Source of the DNA: a virus
Lineage: Duplodnaviria > Caudoviricetes
Reading direction: 5' to 3' (one strand)
Virus record (IMG/VR): IMGVR_UViG_3300037789_000055
Location: 14,819 to 78,818 of that record
DNA length: 64,000 nt
This document shows, in pieces, positions 1-9,724 of this stretch. Under the pieces are notes generated by a model. That model searched no databases. It had not been told where the DNA came from and saw only the letters and a program-made list of their open reading frames with translations. The translations under genes were made by a program, and so were the position numbers. Numbering within the stretch: the first letter of the stretch is position 1; every line of letters begins with the position of its first letter.

Positions 1-2
1 CT

Positions 3-515
3 TATCCAGGGGCCCCCAAATGGGGCCCACTGGCTGGACCATACCAAGACTCGAAATACTCTGCGGGATACCGGGAGGGTTTCTATGAAAGAACCGGATC
101 GCTTGAGAGTGCCCTCTTGGGGCAGTCGGCTATCCAACGCTTCGGCCGGCCAGAAATCACCACAAAGGCAGAGGGGTCTCTCAGGAACTCCAAGCACATC
201 TTCATCGACCGAGCTGGCCGGCCCCAATGGCGCCGATCGAGTGGTCGGCGAGGGTTTGCCCCCTACGTCGAGGCCTTTTCAAGTCTTGAGCTCATCAGGA
301 CGATCAAGATCTTCCCAAAGGCACAAGGGAAGAACCCAACGGATCTGTTGGGCGCTGGCACAACCGGTTGGGCTACAAAACTGGCCATCCTGGAGGGTGG
401 TCGAACCCGACCGAACAAGATGCCCGCACGTCCCCTGCTGAGGCCTTTCATGAATTGGTATGCCACAAAAAACCTGGAGGAGACTGTCCTCCGGAAGTTC
501 AAGGTTAGGATTTAA
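3..515 (+). CDS. Putative neck/tail-completion protein (5'-truncated at window edge)
   Basis: Frame is open from base 3 (YPGAPKWGPL...) to TAA at 513-515. The C-terminal MPARPLLRPFM resembles the HK97 gp10-like motif, and the gene lies upstream of tail genes. Confidence 0.5.
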   Translation, partial: YPGAPKWGPLAGPYQDSKYSAGYREGFYERTGSLESALLGQSAIQRFGRPEITTKAEGSLRNSKHIFIDRAGRPQWRRSSGRRGFAPYVEAFSSLELIRTIKIFPKAQGKNPTDLLGAGTTGWATKLAILEGGRTRPNKMPARPLLRPFMNWYATKNLEETVLRKFKVRI

Positions 516-517
516 CC

Positions 518-946
518 ATGCAGAACCACCACCATCATATCGAGGCTTCTCTGCTTCGGTTCATCGCCGACTTCGCCACGGAGCATGGAATTGGAGCCCT
601 GTATCTGGATGGCTTCACAGATGAGGACCAATGGCCGACGGGGGATTTCATTGGGGTTGGGGAGATCAACCAGGACATCAGCGAGTTCTTCGAGGGCCAG
701 TGTGCTATCGCGATCTCAACGGTTGGGGACACCAATCTCCAGCGGATGCGATCCCTCATGGCCCCCCTGGTACAGAAACTTCTCCCGAACTCGAACATTC
801 CTATCTACCACAGCGAAACCGGGTTGGAGATCGGGAAGCTGTTCGTCATGAGTGGGGTCAGGGTTGGATCTCCTATCGTAACGAAGACCCAACCAATCCG
901 CCCGGTGACCTTCCAGTTCACTTCAAACCTGACATCTGCTTCCTGA
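518..946 (+). CDS. Hypothetical structural protein (tail terminator/completion candidate), 142 aa
   Basis: Abuts the previous stop codon and lies just before the major tail protein. Function is inferred from synteny only. Confidence 0.45.
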   Translation: MQNHHHHIEASLLRFIADFATEHGIGALYLDGFTDEDQWPTGDFIGVGEINQDISEFFEGQCAIAISTVGDTNLQRMRSLMAPLVQKLLPNSNIPIYHSETGLEIGKLFVMSGVRVGSPIVTKTQPIRPVTFQFTSNLTSAS

Positions 947-1115
947 CCTGAATATCGCTACCGACAGAGCCGTCGATAGCATTCTCCAGAAGGGCGTGGA
1001 TTTCGCCATTGCGCTTCCGGTGGTTGATTGCCGCCCGAACCTCGATCTGATCGATCAGGCTTTTTGGGAGTCGGACGGTAAAAGCAACGATTGTATCTTC
1101 CATGATGGTCTCCAT
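918..1115 (-). CDS. Arc-like ribbon-helix-helix DNA-binding protein
   Basis: FTVRLPKSLIDQIEVRAAINHRKRNGEIHALLE matches the Arc/Mnt RHH pattern. Confidence 0.8.
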   Translation of the reverse strand: METIMEDTIVAFTVRLPKSLIDQIEVRAAINHRKRNGEIHALLENAIDGSVGSDIQVRKQMSGLK

Positions 1116-1225
1116 TCAGGGGTTACTTTGTGGTTCATAATTAACCTCAAAGAACCTTTGTGTCGACTAGGGTTTTTGAAGTATTTTCCAAGTCAACATA
1201 AACCAACGAATGACTGGAGAATACC

Positions 1226-1990
1226 ATGGCTGGTGAAGCCAAAACCTCTGCTTTTATGCTCGGTACCGCGACGGTGATGCTCGGCGCTCAATCGGATCTC
1301 TTCGATCTGAACCCGGAAGATCACAGCATCGGCCTGGTGAAGAACTTCCGGGTCACCGCTGAACCGAGCTACACGGACCTGAGCCAAGGTGTGCGCAACC
1401 AGATCGTCTACTCGGTGATGACCCAGAACATCGTTCGGGCGGCGATGGAAGCCTACGAATATACGGCCTCCAACCTGGCCTACGCCCTCGGCCTCGAAGG
1501 TTCGAATTTCGCGGCTCAGACCGTGACCACCACGCTGACCGCTGCCGCCATCGCCACGGATGTCGCTCTGACCGTCGACGACGAAACCGGTTTTGCCGTC
1601 GGTAACTGGGTCCTGATCCAGGACGGCGCGGATGACCAGGTCTACACCCGGAAGCTGACCGCTGTGGCGGCGACCACGTTGACCTTTGCCGAGCCTCTGC
1701 CGAAGCCCCTGGCCATCGGTGCCACTGTCCGCAAAGCCAGCATGATCGATGTTGGCACCAAGGCCGAGCAGCCCTTCCTCTCGGCCAAGGTTATCGGGAC
1801 CATCGCGGACGGTACCGAGGTGGCTCTTCTGTGCCCGAAGATCCGGATCACCAACGGTTTCTCGGTGGGCTTCACGACCGAGAACTTCGACAACCTGCCG
1901 TTCGAGTTCTCGTTCTACGACCTGCTGGCCAGCGACCCCTTCTTCGCGTCGATGGGGAACTCCCAGGCCAAACTGTTGACCACGAAGTAA
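1226..1990 (+). CDS. Major tail (tube) protein, 254 aa
   Basis: GGAG RBS. Thr/Ala-rich and beta-strand-like. Followed by a terminator, the chaperone and the tape measure gene, the canonical siphovirus order. Confidence 0.75.
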   Translation: MAGEAKTSAFMLGTATVMLGAQSDLFDLNPEDHSIGLVKNFRVTAEPSYTDLSQGVRNQIVYSVMTQNIVRAAMEAYEYTASNLAYALGLEGSNFAAQTVTTTLTAAAIATDVALTVDDETGFAVGNWVLIQDGADDQVYTRKLTAVAATTLTFAEPLPKPLAIGATVRKASMIDVGTKAEQPFLSAKVIGTIADGTEVALLCPKIRITNGFSVGFTTENFDNLPFEFSFYDLLASDPFFASMGNSQAKLLTTK

Positions 1991-2013
1991 GTCAACAACA
2001 CACCTTGATTAAC

Positions 2014-2053
2014 CCTCCCGGTGGCTTTATTGCTGCCGGGAGGATTTTTATTT
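2014..2053 (+). terminator. Rho-independent terminator after the major tail gene
   Basis: Stem CCTCCCGG(TGGC)-TTTATT-(GCTG)CCGGGAGG followed by ATTTTTATTT. Confidence 0.75.
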
Positions 2054-2067
2054 GAAGGAATGCCCCC

Positions 2068-2445
2068 ATGACTGAAACCATCACTGTCACCCTGAACGGT
2101 GAACCCAAGGAAATCCTGATGTCGATGGGTCTCCTGAATGAACTCAGCGCCAAGCTCGGGGATGTTGACGCCATCCCGGAACTGTCGGTCAACGCCGAGC
2201 TGCGTGAGTCCATCATGATCTCGGCCCTGGCGGATCGAGACAACCGGGGCAAGCTGGTCGACCCGGAGATCAATCTGTTCTCTCTGGACATCTCGACGGA
2301 AGACACCCTACGTCTCCTGGATTGGGTCGGGGAGCACGTTGCTGATTTTTTTCTGAAATCCATGGCTCAAACGAAGAGTCTGTTCGAGGATCGCCAGGTG
2401 CAGTTTCGGAGCTTGATGCCTACGTCACCTGGTGGGGAGGACTGA
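2068..2445 (+). CDS. Tail assembly chaperone (gpG-like), 125 aa
   Basis: Acidic ORF between the major tail and tape measure genes, containing a slippery heptamer. Confidence 0.8.
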   Translation: MTETITVTLNGEPKEILMSMGLLNELSAKLGDVDAIPELSVNAELRESIMISALADRDNRGKLVDPEINLFSLDISTEDTLRLLDWVGEHVADFFLKSMAQTKSLFEDRQVQFRSLMPTSPGGED

Positions 2446-2726
2446 GTTTTCAGGACGCAGTCATCCTCGTCTTTGACTGCGTCCCATCAAATATCCAAGA
2501 AGTCTACTGGAAATATACCCAGAACGACATTAAAGTGAGGCTACGCCTCTACTTGGGTAATGAACAAGCTCATATCGTTCAAACCTTCCAAACCCTGGCC
2601 ACTATCGTCTCCCAAGCCTTCGGGGACAAGAAGCCAACGGGACCGGGGAGTACGGGGCACACAGACGTCTTTGAACCAACGACCGGTGCCGAAATGCAGA
2701 CTGCCTTCAAGAGCGTGTTTGGCTAA
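2068..2726 (+). CDS. Frameshifted tail chaperone (gpGT-like, ~219 aa) via -1 frameshift at T-TTT-TTT 2346-2352
   Basis: Seven T's in X-XXY-YYZ register. The -1 frame has TGA at 2343-2345 and then stays open to TAA 2724-2726, which overlaps the tape measure ATG. Confidence 0.75.
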
Positions 2727-5700
2727 TGGCCAATAACAACGAGCTCCAACTCCCGATCTCTGCCGCGTCTCAGCGAGACCATGCCAAAATGGCGAAGGAA
2801 TTCGCTAAGGCGCGGGAGGAGACGGCGCAGATCCTGTCGAACTTCAAGTCGATCCAGGACTTGATGAAGTCGATGAAAGCTGTTGGCTTTGGTCAGCTGA
2901 CGACCACTGGTCGGTCCAACGCTTTTACGGGGGCTGCAAACCGGGCCCGTTCTCAAGCCAGCCAACTGGCGTTTGAGGGGACGAGTCAGGGAGGGCGGGT
3001 TATTGCAGAGCGGAACTATGCAAAGGCCGCTCGAGAAGGTCTGCGACATCTGCAAGGCCAGATGGTGACGTCTCAGGCACTCAACCTGAACACACGAACT
3101 CGAAGCTCTACCCTCCAGAAGATCAGCAGTCTGCAGGACGCCCTCAATATGAAGGCGGCGGTGGACAAACGCCTCGGTATTGAGGCCCTGGCCAACAACC
3201 GTTCGAAGGTCACCGCCTTCCAACGTCAATCGGATGCTCTCTCCCGGGTGATCGCTCGTCTCAAAGAAGAGAAGCGGATCCGGGATCAGATCGCCAACAC
3301 CAACAGCCGCAACATGGTTCTGGAGCAGGCGCAGGCCAGCCGGGCCCGTCGCGCGACCCGTGAACGCCTCTTCGGAGACAACGGCGCCACCCTGCTGACT
3401 GTCCAGGCAGGTCTGATGGCCAACTACGCCGGGCTCTCGGCTCTACAAAGTGGGTTGAAGGCAGCATTTGACTTCACCATCCAGCTGGATGGGGCGATGC
3501 GGAACCTGCAGGCGATCGTTGGACTGTCTGATGGGTCGATGTCCAAGTTGCGGGACACCATCATTGATGTCTCCGAAGCCACCAAGTTCACAGCTGTCGA
3601 GGTGGCTCAAGCCGCGGTGACTCTGGGTCAGGCGGGTCTCTCCGTTAAGGAGATCGAGGACTCGATCAAGGCCGTGACACTGCTGGCCACAGCCACCGGG
3701 ACGGATCTCCCTCGAGCAGTTGACATCGCGACGTCCGTACTCGGGGTCTTCAACATGGAAAGCTCCCGCATGGCGGATGTAGCTGACCTGATGACCGAGG
3801 CCGTCAACAGCTCGAAGTTGAACCTCGAAAAACTGACTCTGGGTCTTCAATATTCAGGTAACATCGCTGCCCAATCGGGGGTCCAGTTCCACGAGCTGAC
3901 CGCAGCCCTTGGTGCCATGGCGAACGCTGGTATCCGTTCGGGTTCCACCTTGGGCACTGGTACTCGCCAGATCCTGATTGCTCTGCAGAAACCTTCTGAG
4001 GCGTTCAAAGCCCGCTTGGCTGAACTGGGCCTCACGATGGATGACCTGTCCATCCGGTCGAAAGGTCTGTATGGTGTCCTCCGGACCCTGCGGGACTCTG
4101 GGTTCTCAGCAACCGACGCGATCGAGAGCTTCGAAGTTCGAGCCGCTTCCGCCTACAACGCTTTGGCGAACAACCTGGATCAGATGCTGGACCTGCAATC
4201 CAGTTTCCAGAACACCACTGCTGCTGTTCGGGCGAACGAGACCCAGATGCGGTCGTTTGAGAACCAGTACGCTCGTCTTGGGTCGGTCCTCGGGTCTGTT
4301 GCTTCTGAGGCCCTAGCTCCCCTCGTCGCTGGTTTGACCGGCTTCATGAACATCACCTCCACGGTCCTGAGTACCCTCATCGACTTCGGTCCTGTTCTTG
4401 GAATGGTCACCACCGGCCTGGCTGCGATGGCTGCAGGATGGGTGGCCCAGAAAGTGGTTGCTGTTGTTGGAACCCTCATCGGGGGTATGACAACCCGGTT
4501 GAGGGCTTATTCCGCGGCGTCGTCTCTCGGGGCGGTTCAAACAGACGTACTGACGGGAGCTATGATCCGTCAGACGGGGGCAGCACGAGCGTCAGCCATG
4601 GCGACGGCGCTAGTTAGAGCCAATATGGTGGGGGTCGGGGTTACGCTGGCTATCCTTGTCGCCTCTCTTGTAGGAACGGCGTCGGCCTGGGCCCGATTGA
4701 ATACCCGCCTGGATGAAGCTCGAACAGCTTTCGAGGAAGCCGAAGGAGAGATGACTTCCTTCGAAGATCGTATTTCATCTGTCAGCTCCAAGATCCAAGA
4801 ACTGACTGATCGGATGGAAATCCTTTCTAGCGACCCGGCCCAGCTGGCTGCGATGATCCGGGAGGTGAAATCTGAGTTTGAGGATATGGGACTGGTTGGG
4901 ATCACCACTGCCTCGACTGTTCAAGATCTCATCGGGGTCCTGAGTGATCTTCGGGAGGAACTTCGTGAGGAGTATCGGATCCGGGTCTCGATCGCGGAAG
5001 CTGACCTTGTTCCCCTCCAAAGGCTTGCGGCTGGAACAACGAGAGACGCCAGAGGGTCTCTTGTTCAGATGATCCAAGGTCTATCCAATAGCCGCGTCCC
5101 AGGGAATCTATCCAGTCAAGTTCTGCAACAGAGCTATGGCCAACGACTTGGTCAAACGGATGTCTTTGACCAGGATGAGGTGGAGGAACTATTCGCCCAA
5201 CTGGTTCAGGAACGTAGCAGCATCCCAAGGACAGCATCTCCTAGCCAGGCTGCTCAACGAGACCTGCTGGATCAGATAATCCCGGTAGTACGGGCAGTCA
5301 TTGATGCAGTTCGGGAAGAGGAGTCTCTGTTAAGACAAGGTGATGCCCTTCGAGAAGATCGGCTGAACTCAGGCTCTGAGAGCAATCTCTACTTCCGGGG
5401 CGCCGAGCGGATCCTGGATGGAAACGCCGCGATGCTGGAACAGCTGCGGCAGAGTGTGGCCGGCCAAGGGAATGACTCCCCGGCTGATGACCTACAGGCA
5501 TTCCAAACTGGCCGGGGAGTCCTGGACCAGGGGCTTGATGGCGCCGAAAGGGCACTGTCCCAGCTGATCCAGCGGGGGATCATCACCAACGATGTCTTTG
5601 ATGAGGCTATGCGTTCGGTGCGGGATGAACGAGCCCGTATCGACGCCATGGAAGATGTCCTTCAAGCATTGGCTGATACTGAGCGCGGTCATGACATCAC

Positions 5701-8047
5701 CAGTGAGTCTGGTGTCCTCAGTGAGCGAATTTCCGGGTTCGGAGACAGCCTGGATGGCCAATCCCCCCAGCGGGCCCGGCAGCTCCTGAATGATCGCCTC
5801 CTGGATGTTGCGGCACAGGAGCGCCTACGGCTCGAGGAGATGCGTCTGGACCCGAACGGGACGATGACGGACGACCAGATTGTACGTGAAGCGGCCCGGG
5901 AGGCACAGGACGCAGTCGCCCAGCTGCAAGCCACCTACACAGAGCATGCTCAGGGGTATCTGGAAAGTGCTCGGGAGGCTGCGACCGAAGCGGAAGAGAT
6001 CTTGATCGAGGCGGTACAAAGCCTCGCAGCAGCGGCCCAAGAGGACCTTGGAGAAGCAACTTCCTCAGCAGGGGCACTGACCGCTCGGCAGGAAGCAGAG
6101 AACCAGCTGCGCCGTGCGGCCGAGCGTCAGCTTGCGTTGGATCTACGAGGTTCCACCCCCGTGGAAGCTCAGAACATCCGGGCCCAGAGTGATGCTCAAC
6201 TACAGGAAGACATCGCGGATCTCGATGAGGCGTACCAAGAGGTCTTGGACCGGTTGGACACCGAGGCTACCACCCGTGAGATGGCCCAGAATGATCTCCG
6301 TATCTCTCGGATCGATCGTCAGCTTGATGCTCTGCGAGAGGAGGCCAGTGAGGTCGAGTCTTCGGAGCGTCTGGATGAGATCGAAGTCCAGATGGAGCAG
6401 TTGATCAATCGACGGGACTTCATGGCCCGCGCGAATGCAATGGCCGGCGCCGATCTGGAGACCGAGGATCCCGCCACGATCCTAGGTGGTGTTGATGATC
6501 AGACGGAGGGCCTCCGGACGGGGGTCTCCGATCTAATGACCGGTCTCCGTGAGACGATGCCTTGGCTTCAACAGGTCGAGGCGTCGTTGGAGCGTATCGC
6601 TGCCCCTGAGATTGACGTGATGTCGATCGAGGACGCCCGGGAAGAGTATGGTGATCTGGCCGAAGCGATGATCGCGGTCCAGGAAGCCGAACGTGATCTA
6701 GCATCAGCCCAAGGGCGTCAGGGTCTCAGTCAGCTCCTCACTGATATCTCGGATGTCACAGACGAAATGGGTCTCGGTGTTGAAGAGACCCAGTATATGC
6801 AGGACGAGCTGGCCCGTATTGGAGGCATGACTGCCTTTGGGGATCAGGCTGTTGCTCTGTCGGGACTGGTCTCCTGGTTGACCACGGCGATCACAAACCT
6901 GGGGGTGATGAAGGGGGAGGCTGTGGCAATCGCCGAGGCTCTCCTGGCAGCAACTGGTGCTGCCACCACCCTCGCTGGTAACGAAAACCCCCCTCCCGGT
7001 CGTGCTTCTGGCGGGGGTGGAGGTCAATCTCAAGCGGAACGTACCGCTGAGGCGTTCAATGAGTTCTTCACGAACCTGGAGAACACTGCTTCCATGGCTG
7101 AAATCAGCCTTGAGCAGGGGCTTATGGATGAGTCTGGTGTCCTCTCCAGCATGGAGACACTGGTGTCCTCCGCCACGGCCCGGGCAGAAGCCATGCGATC
7201 GCAGATTGACAGCCTGATGGCTGTCGAGGACCGGTCGGCCACTCAGCAAGAGATGTTGAATGAGCTGGTGCGGGAATACGGACAGCTGCATGAGTTTGTT
7301 CGGGATCGTCAAAGCGAGATCATCGAGCTCCAGATCCGGAGTGGGAATATCCAACAAGGCCTGAATGGTCTTGTCGGTCAGTGGGCTGCTGCGAACCTGG
7401 ATCTGAGCCAGACTCTTATGGACGGTGTGACAGGGACTTTGAGCAACGCCACCAGCGCCCTGTCAAATTTCTTCACTGAACTGACGGATGGAACGACCAC
7501 CGGCGCCGATGCTTTCCGCAACCTGGCCCGAAGCATCGTTCAGTCTCTTCAGAAAGTCCTCGCCGAGATGCTGGCGGTCTATCTGATGCAGAAGCTGATG
7601 GGCTGGCTGTTCCCTGGAATGAGCATGGGTGGGGCTGCAGGAGGGAGTTCCTTTAGCTTCCTGGGTGCCCGTGAAGGAGGTCGGGCTCGACAGGCAGCGG
7701 CCGGGGAGAAAGTCAACGGTACACTGAACCGGGACTCCATCCCCTACAACCTAATGGATGGGGAATACGTTCTTCGGAGGTCTGCAGCCCAAGCAATTGG
7801 GTACGACGAACTCGACAAGATCAACGCCATGGGGAACAACACCACGGCGGGGGCCAGCCATCATGGTGCAGCAAACTCCAACAAGACCCCTACCCCGTCG
7901 CGTCCTCAGAACATCTACCTGGTGGATGACCGATCGAAGGTCGGCAACCTTGGTCCTGACGACATTCTGGCAGTGGTTGGGGATGACATCGCCCGCGGTG
8001 GTTCTACCAAAAACCTGATCCGTGCTGTTCAAACTGGAGCCGTCTAA
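2726..8047 (+). CDS. Tape measure protein, 1773 aa
   Basis: Long Ala/Glu/Gln-rich helical ORF with a TP901-type core (FTAVEVAQAAVTLGQAGLS), a hydrophobic mid segment and a C-terminal GEYVLRRSAAQAIG motif. Confidence 0.95.
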   Translation: MANNNELQLPISAASQRDHAKMAKEFAKAREETAQILSNFKSIQDLMKSMKAVGFGQLTTTGRSNAFTGAANRARSQASQLAFEGTSQGGRVIAERNYAKAAREGLRHLQGQMVTSQALNLNTRTRSSTLQKISSLQDALNMKAAVDKRLGIEALANNRSKVTAFQRQSDALSRVIARLKEEKRIRDQIANTNSRNMVLEQAQASRARRATRERLFGDNGATLLTVQAGLMANYAGLSALQSGLKAAFDFTIQLDGAMRNLQAIVGLSDGSMSKLRDTIIDVSEATKFTAVEVAQAAVTLGQAGLSVKEIEDSIKAVTLLATATGTDLPRAVDIATSVLGVFNMESSRMADVADLMTEAVNSSKLNLEKLTLGLQYSGNIAAQSGVQFHELTAALGAMANAGIRSGSTLGTGTRQILIALQKPSEAFKARLAELGLTMDDLSIRSKGLYGVLRTLRDSGFSATDAIESFEVRAASAYNALANNLDQMLDLQSSFQNTTAAVRANETQMRSFENQYARLGSVLGSVASEALAPLVAGLTGFMNITSTVLSTLIDFGPVLGMVTTGLAAMAAGWVAQKVVAVVGTLIGGMTTRLRAYSAASSLGAVQTDVLTGAMIRQTGAARASAMATALVRANMVGVGVTLAILVASLVGTASAWARLNTRLDEARTAFEEAEGEMTSFEDRISSVSSKIQELTDRMEILSSDPAQLAAMIREVKSEFEDMGLVGITTASTVQDLIGVLSDLREELREEYRIRVSIAEADLVPLQRLAAGTTRDARGSLVQMIQGLSNSRVPGNLSSQVLQQSYGQRLGQTDVFDQDEVEELFAQLVQERSSIPRTASPSQAAQRDLLDQIIPVVRAVIDAVREEESLLRQGDALREDRLNSGSESNLYFRGAERILDGNAAMLEQLRQSVAGQGNDSPADDLQAFQTGRGVLDQGLDGAERALSQLIQRGIITNDVFDEAMRSVRDERARIDAMEDVLQALADTERGHDITSESGVLSERISGFGDSLDGQSPQRARQLLNDRLLDVAAQERLRLEEMRLDPNGTMTDDQIVREAAREAQDAVAQLQATYTEHAQGYLESAREAATEAEEILIEAVQSLAAAAQEDLGEATSSAGALTARQEAENQLRRAAERQLALDLRGSTPVEAQNIRAQSDAQLQEDIADLDEAYQEVLDRLDTEATTREMAQNDLRISRIDRQLDALREEASEVESSERLDEIEVQMEQLINRRDFMARANAMAGADLETEDPATILGGVDDQTEGLRTGVSDLMTGLRETMPWLQQVEASLERIAAPEIDVMSIEDAREEYGDLAEAMIAVQEAERDLASAQGRQGLSQLLTDISDVTDEMGLGVEETQYMQDELARIGGMTAFGDQAVALSGLVSWLTTAITNLGVMKGEAVAIAEALLAATGAATTLAGNENPPPGRASGGGGGQSQAERTAEAFNEFFTNLENTASMAEISLEQGLMDESGVLSSMETLVSSATARAEAMRSQIDSLMAVEDRSATQQEMLNELVREYGQLHEFVRDRQSEIIELQIRSGNIQQGLNGLVGQWAAANLDLSQTLMDGVTGTLSNATSALSNFFTELTDGTTTGADAFRNLARSIVQSLQKVLAEMLAVYLMQKLMGWLFPGMSMGGAAGGSSFSFLGAREGGRARQAAAGEKVNGTLNRDSIPYNLMDGEYVLRRSAAQAIGYDELDKINAMGNNTTAGASHHGAANSNKTPTPSRPQNIYLVDDRSKVGNLGPDDILAVVGDDIARGGSTKNLIRAVQTGAV

Positions 8048-8433
8048 TGGAGACCTTCCCTCCCACCTACTTCATCTACTCCACCCGGTATCCTGAGAGT
8101 GGACAGCGGATCCAACTCGGGAACAGCTACCAGTTTGACACCCCGCCGGCAGCACCCGACCAGAGGATCTTTCGTCTGACCCTTCAGGGTATGTGTTACT
8201 TTGTCGATCAGAACAATGAGATCGATGAGGTCTATCAACCGGGTAGAAACCTGGCGGTACTCGACAAATTCTACAACGACCACAAGAGGGCTCACGCCTT
8301 CATTTTTCCGCACCCCGTCTACGGGAACGTCATCTGCAAATTCAACACTCCTCTTGAGATCCCCCCAGGTGTTCCCGGGGGTAACGGTCTTGTGCAGGAC
8401 CCTGAAGTCGAGCTTATTGAGATCCCCCAATGA
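8047..8433 (+). CDS. Distal tail protein (lambda gpM-like position), 128 aa
   Basis: Coupled to the tape measure stop (TAATG). FYNDHKRAHAFIFPHP resembles the gpM FL..H.G..AF.W motif. Confidence 0.6.
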   Translation: METFPPTYFIYSTRYPESGQRIQLGNSYQFDTPPAAPDQRIFRLTLQGMCYFVDQNNEIDEVYQPGRNLAVLDKFYNDHKRAHAFIFPHPVYGNVICKFNTPLEIPPGVPGGNGLVQDPEVELIEIPQ

Positions 8434-8918
8434 CCACCATTCCCTCCTCAATCCTAGAGAGTGCTCACGACCTCTCCCCTGACGCTCTGGTGTCACTCTT
8501 CCGTCTGGTTCTGACCGATGGAACGACTTTCCGGTTCAGTTCATTACCTCAGCTCACATGGCAGGGGGATGTCTATGAGGAACTTGGGTGTTCCATCGCC
8601 CAATCAGGCCGGTCCTCTGATGGTAAAGTCCATCGCCCCAGGGTTTCGATTGTCAACCCAGGGGGGCTCTTCACGGGACCGGTGAATGACGGACTCGTGG
8701 AGAACGCTCTGATTTATCGCTACCAGATCTTGAAAGCTGATCTGGATGCTGACAACGACTTCGCCCTGGTCGAGAGATACAAGGTGTTCCGTGTGGTCAA
8801 CGTGATGACTGGTGGACCGATTGTCTTGGAGACCAGGGATGTCCTGGATGGGTATCGTTCCAAGTTGCCTCGTCGTGAATTCATCCCGCCGGAATTCTCC
8901 CATGTTCGACTTCAATAA
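8430..8918 (+). CDS. Minor tail protein (lambda gpL-like), 162 aa
   Basis: VSLFRLVL, LTWQGDVYE and RPRVSIVN resemble gpL-family motifs; synteny agrees. Confidence 0.7.
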   Translation: MTTIPSSILESAHDLSPDALVSLFRLVLTDGTTFRFSSLPQLTWQGDVYEELGCSIAQSGRSSDGKVHRPRVSIVNPGGLFTGPVNDGLVENALIYRYQILKADLDADNDFALVERYKVFRVVNVMTGGPIVLETRDVLDGYRSKLPRREFIPPEFSHVRLQ

Positions 8919-9405
8919 CCTCACCGGTCGACCCTACTCCGAGGGACGGAATGATTGCTTTGGGGTCCTCCGGGAATACTACTGGGAGGCCTGGGGTGTC
9001 TGGATCCCCAACTTGGCCCGGCCGACTCGGTTCTGGGAAGACGAGCATCTCGATCTGTACTCCCGGTACCGCGAGTTTGGTTTTGAGCCCGTTTTCGACA
9101 ACCGGTTCGAAGTAGGAGACGCCGTTCTGATGCCGATCCGGACAGCGATGAACAGTCATGCCGGCGCCATTGTCGCTGACAACCAGATGCTTCACCACTT
9201 CGTAGGTGAGTTGAGCACAGTGGTATCCTTTCGACCTAAATGGGAGAGACGGATCACCGTCCAGCTCCGCCACCCAGACGTGACAGCTCAGAGGGCTTCA
9301 GCTCCAACTGAGACGACCCACCTTCATGAGGTTCTCAATGCTCGAATTCTCCAAAATCCAGGAGTTAAAAGTCAGATTGCAAGGCAACTGGAACCCGGAG
9401 GTTGA
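8902..9405 (+). CDS. NlpC/P60 peptidase-like tail assembly protein (gpK C-domain), 167 aa
   Basis: GRPYSEGRNDCFGVLREYY (catalytic Cys) and NSHAGAIV...MLHH. Start set at ATG 8902, overlapping the previous gene's end. Confidence 0.85.
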   Translation: MFDFNNLTGRPYSEGRNDCFGVLREYYWEAWGVWIPNLARPTRFWEDEHLDLYSRYREFGFEPVFDNRFEVGDAVLMPIRTAMNSHAGAIVADNQMLHHFVGELSTVVSFRPKWERRITVQLRHPDVTAQRASAPTETTHLHEVLNARILQNPGVKSQIARQLEPGG

Positions 9406-9724
9406 ACTGTGTGGGGTGATCGATCTCCAAGGAGATATTGTCGAATGTGTCAACCTCGCACGATATCCCCAAGACGCCTTCCAGTTCGAAGAAGAGGATC
9501 TCCAAGGGGTTGCCGCTTCCTGGCATAGTCACCCAAAGACCAGCGCAAATCTATCAATTCAAGACTTTTATTTTTTCAAGTCTTGGCCAAGTATACTTCA
9601 CTTTGTTATTGCTAGTTCTGAAGTCCGCTGTTTCGCGGTCCTGAACGGCACGGTGTATCTACTTGACCAAGAAGAAGATCATCCTTCACGGCTACTTGAA
9701 AGATCTGTACGCAGCTCCGATTGA
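9338..9724 (+). CDS. JAB/Mov34 metallo-domain protein (gpK N-domain-like), 128 aa
   Basis: ELCGVI...WHSHP...LSIQD is a JAMM motif. Start set at ATG 9338. Confidence 0.85.
   Translation: MLEFSKIQELKVRLQGNWNPEVELCGVIDLQGDIVECVNLARYPQDAFQFEEEDLQGVAASWHSHPKTSANLSIQDFYFFKSWPSILHFVIASSEVRCFAVLNGTVYLLDQEEDHPSRLLERSVRSSD

Noticed and set aside
8812-8901. N-terminal extensions given by the ORF track (also 27293-27397, 31856-32128, 35543-35818, 38064-38129)
   Set aside because: They overlap neighbouring genes or leaders, and better starts with an RBS or stop-start coupling exist downstream.
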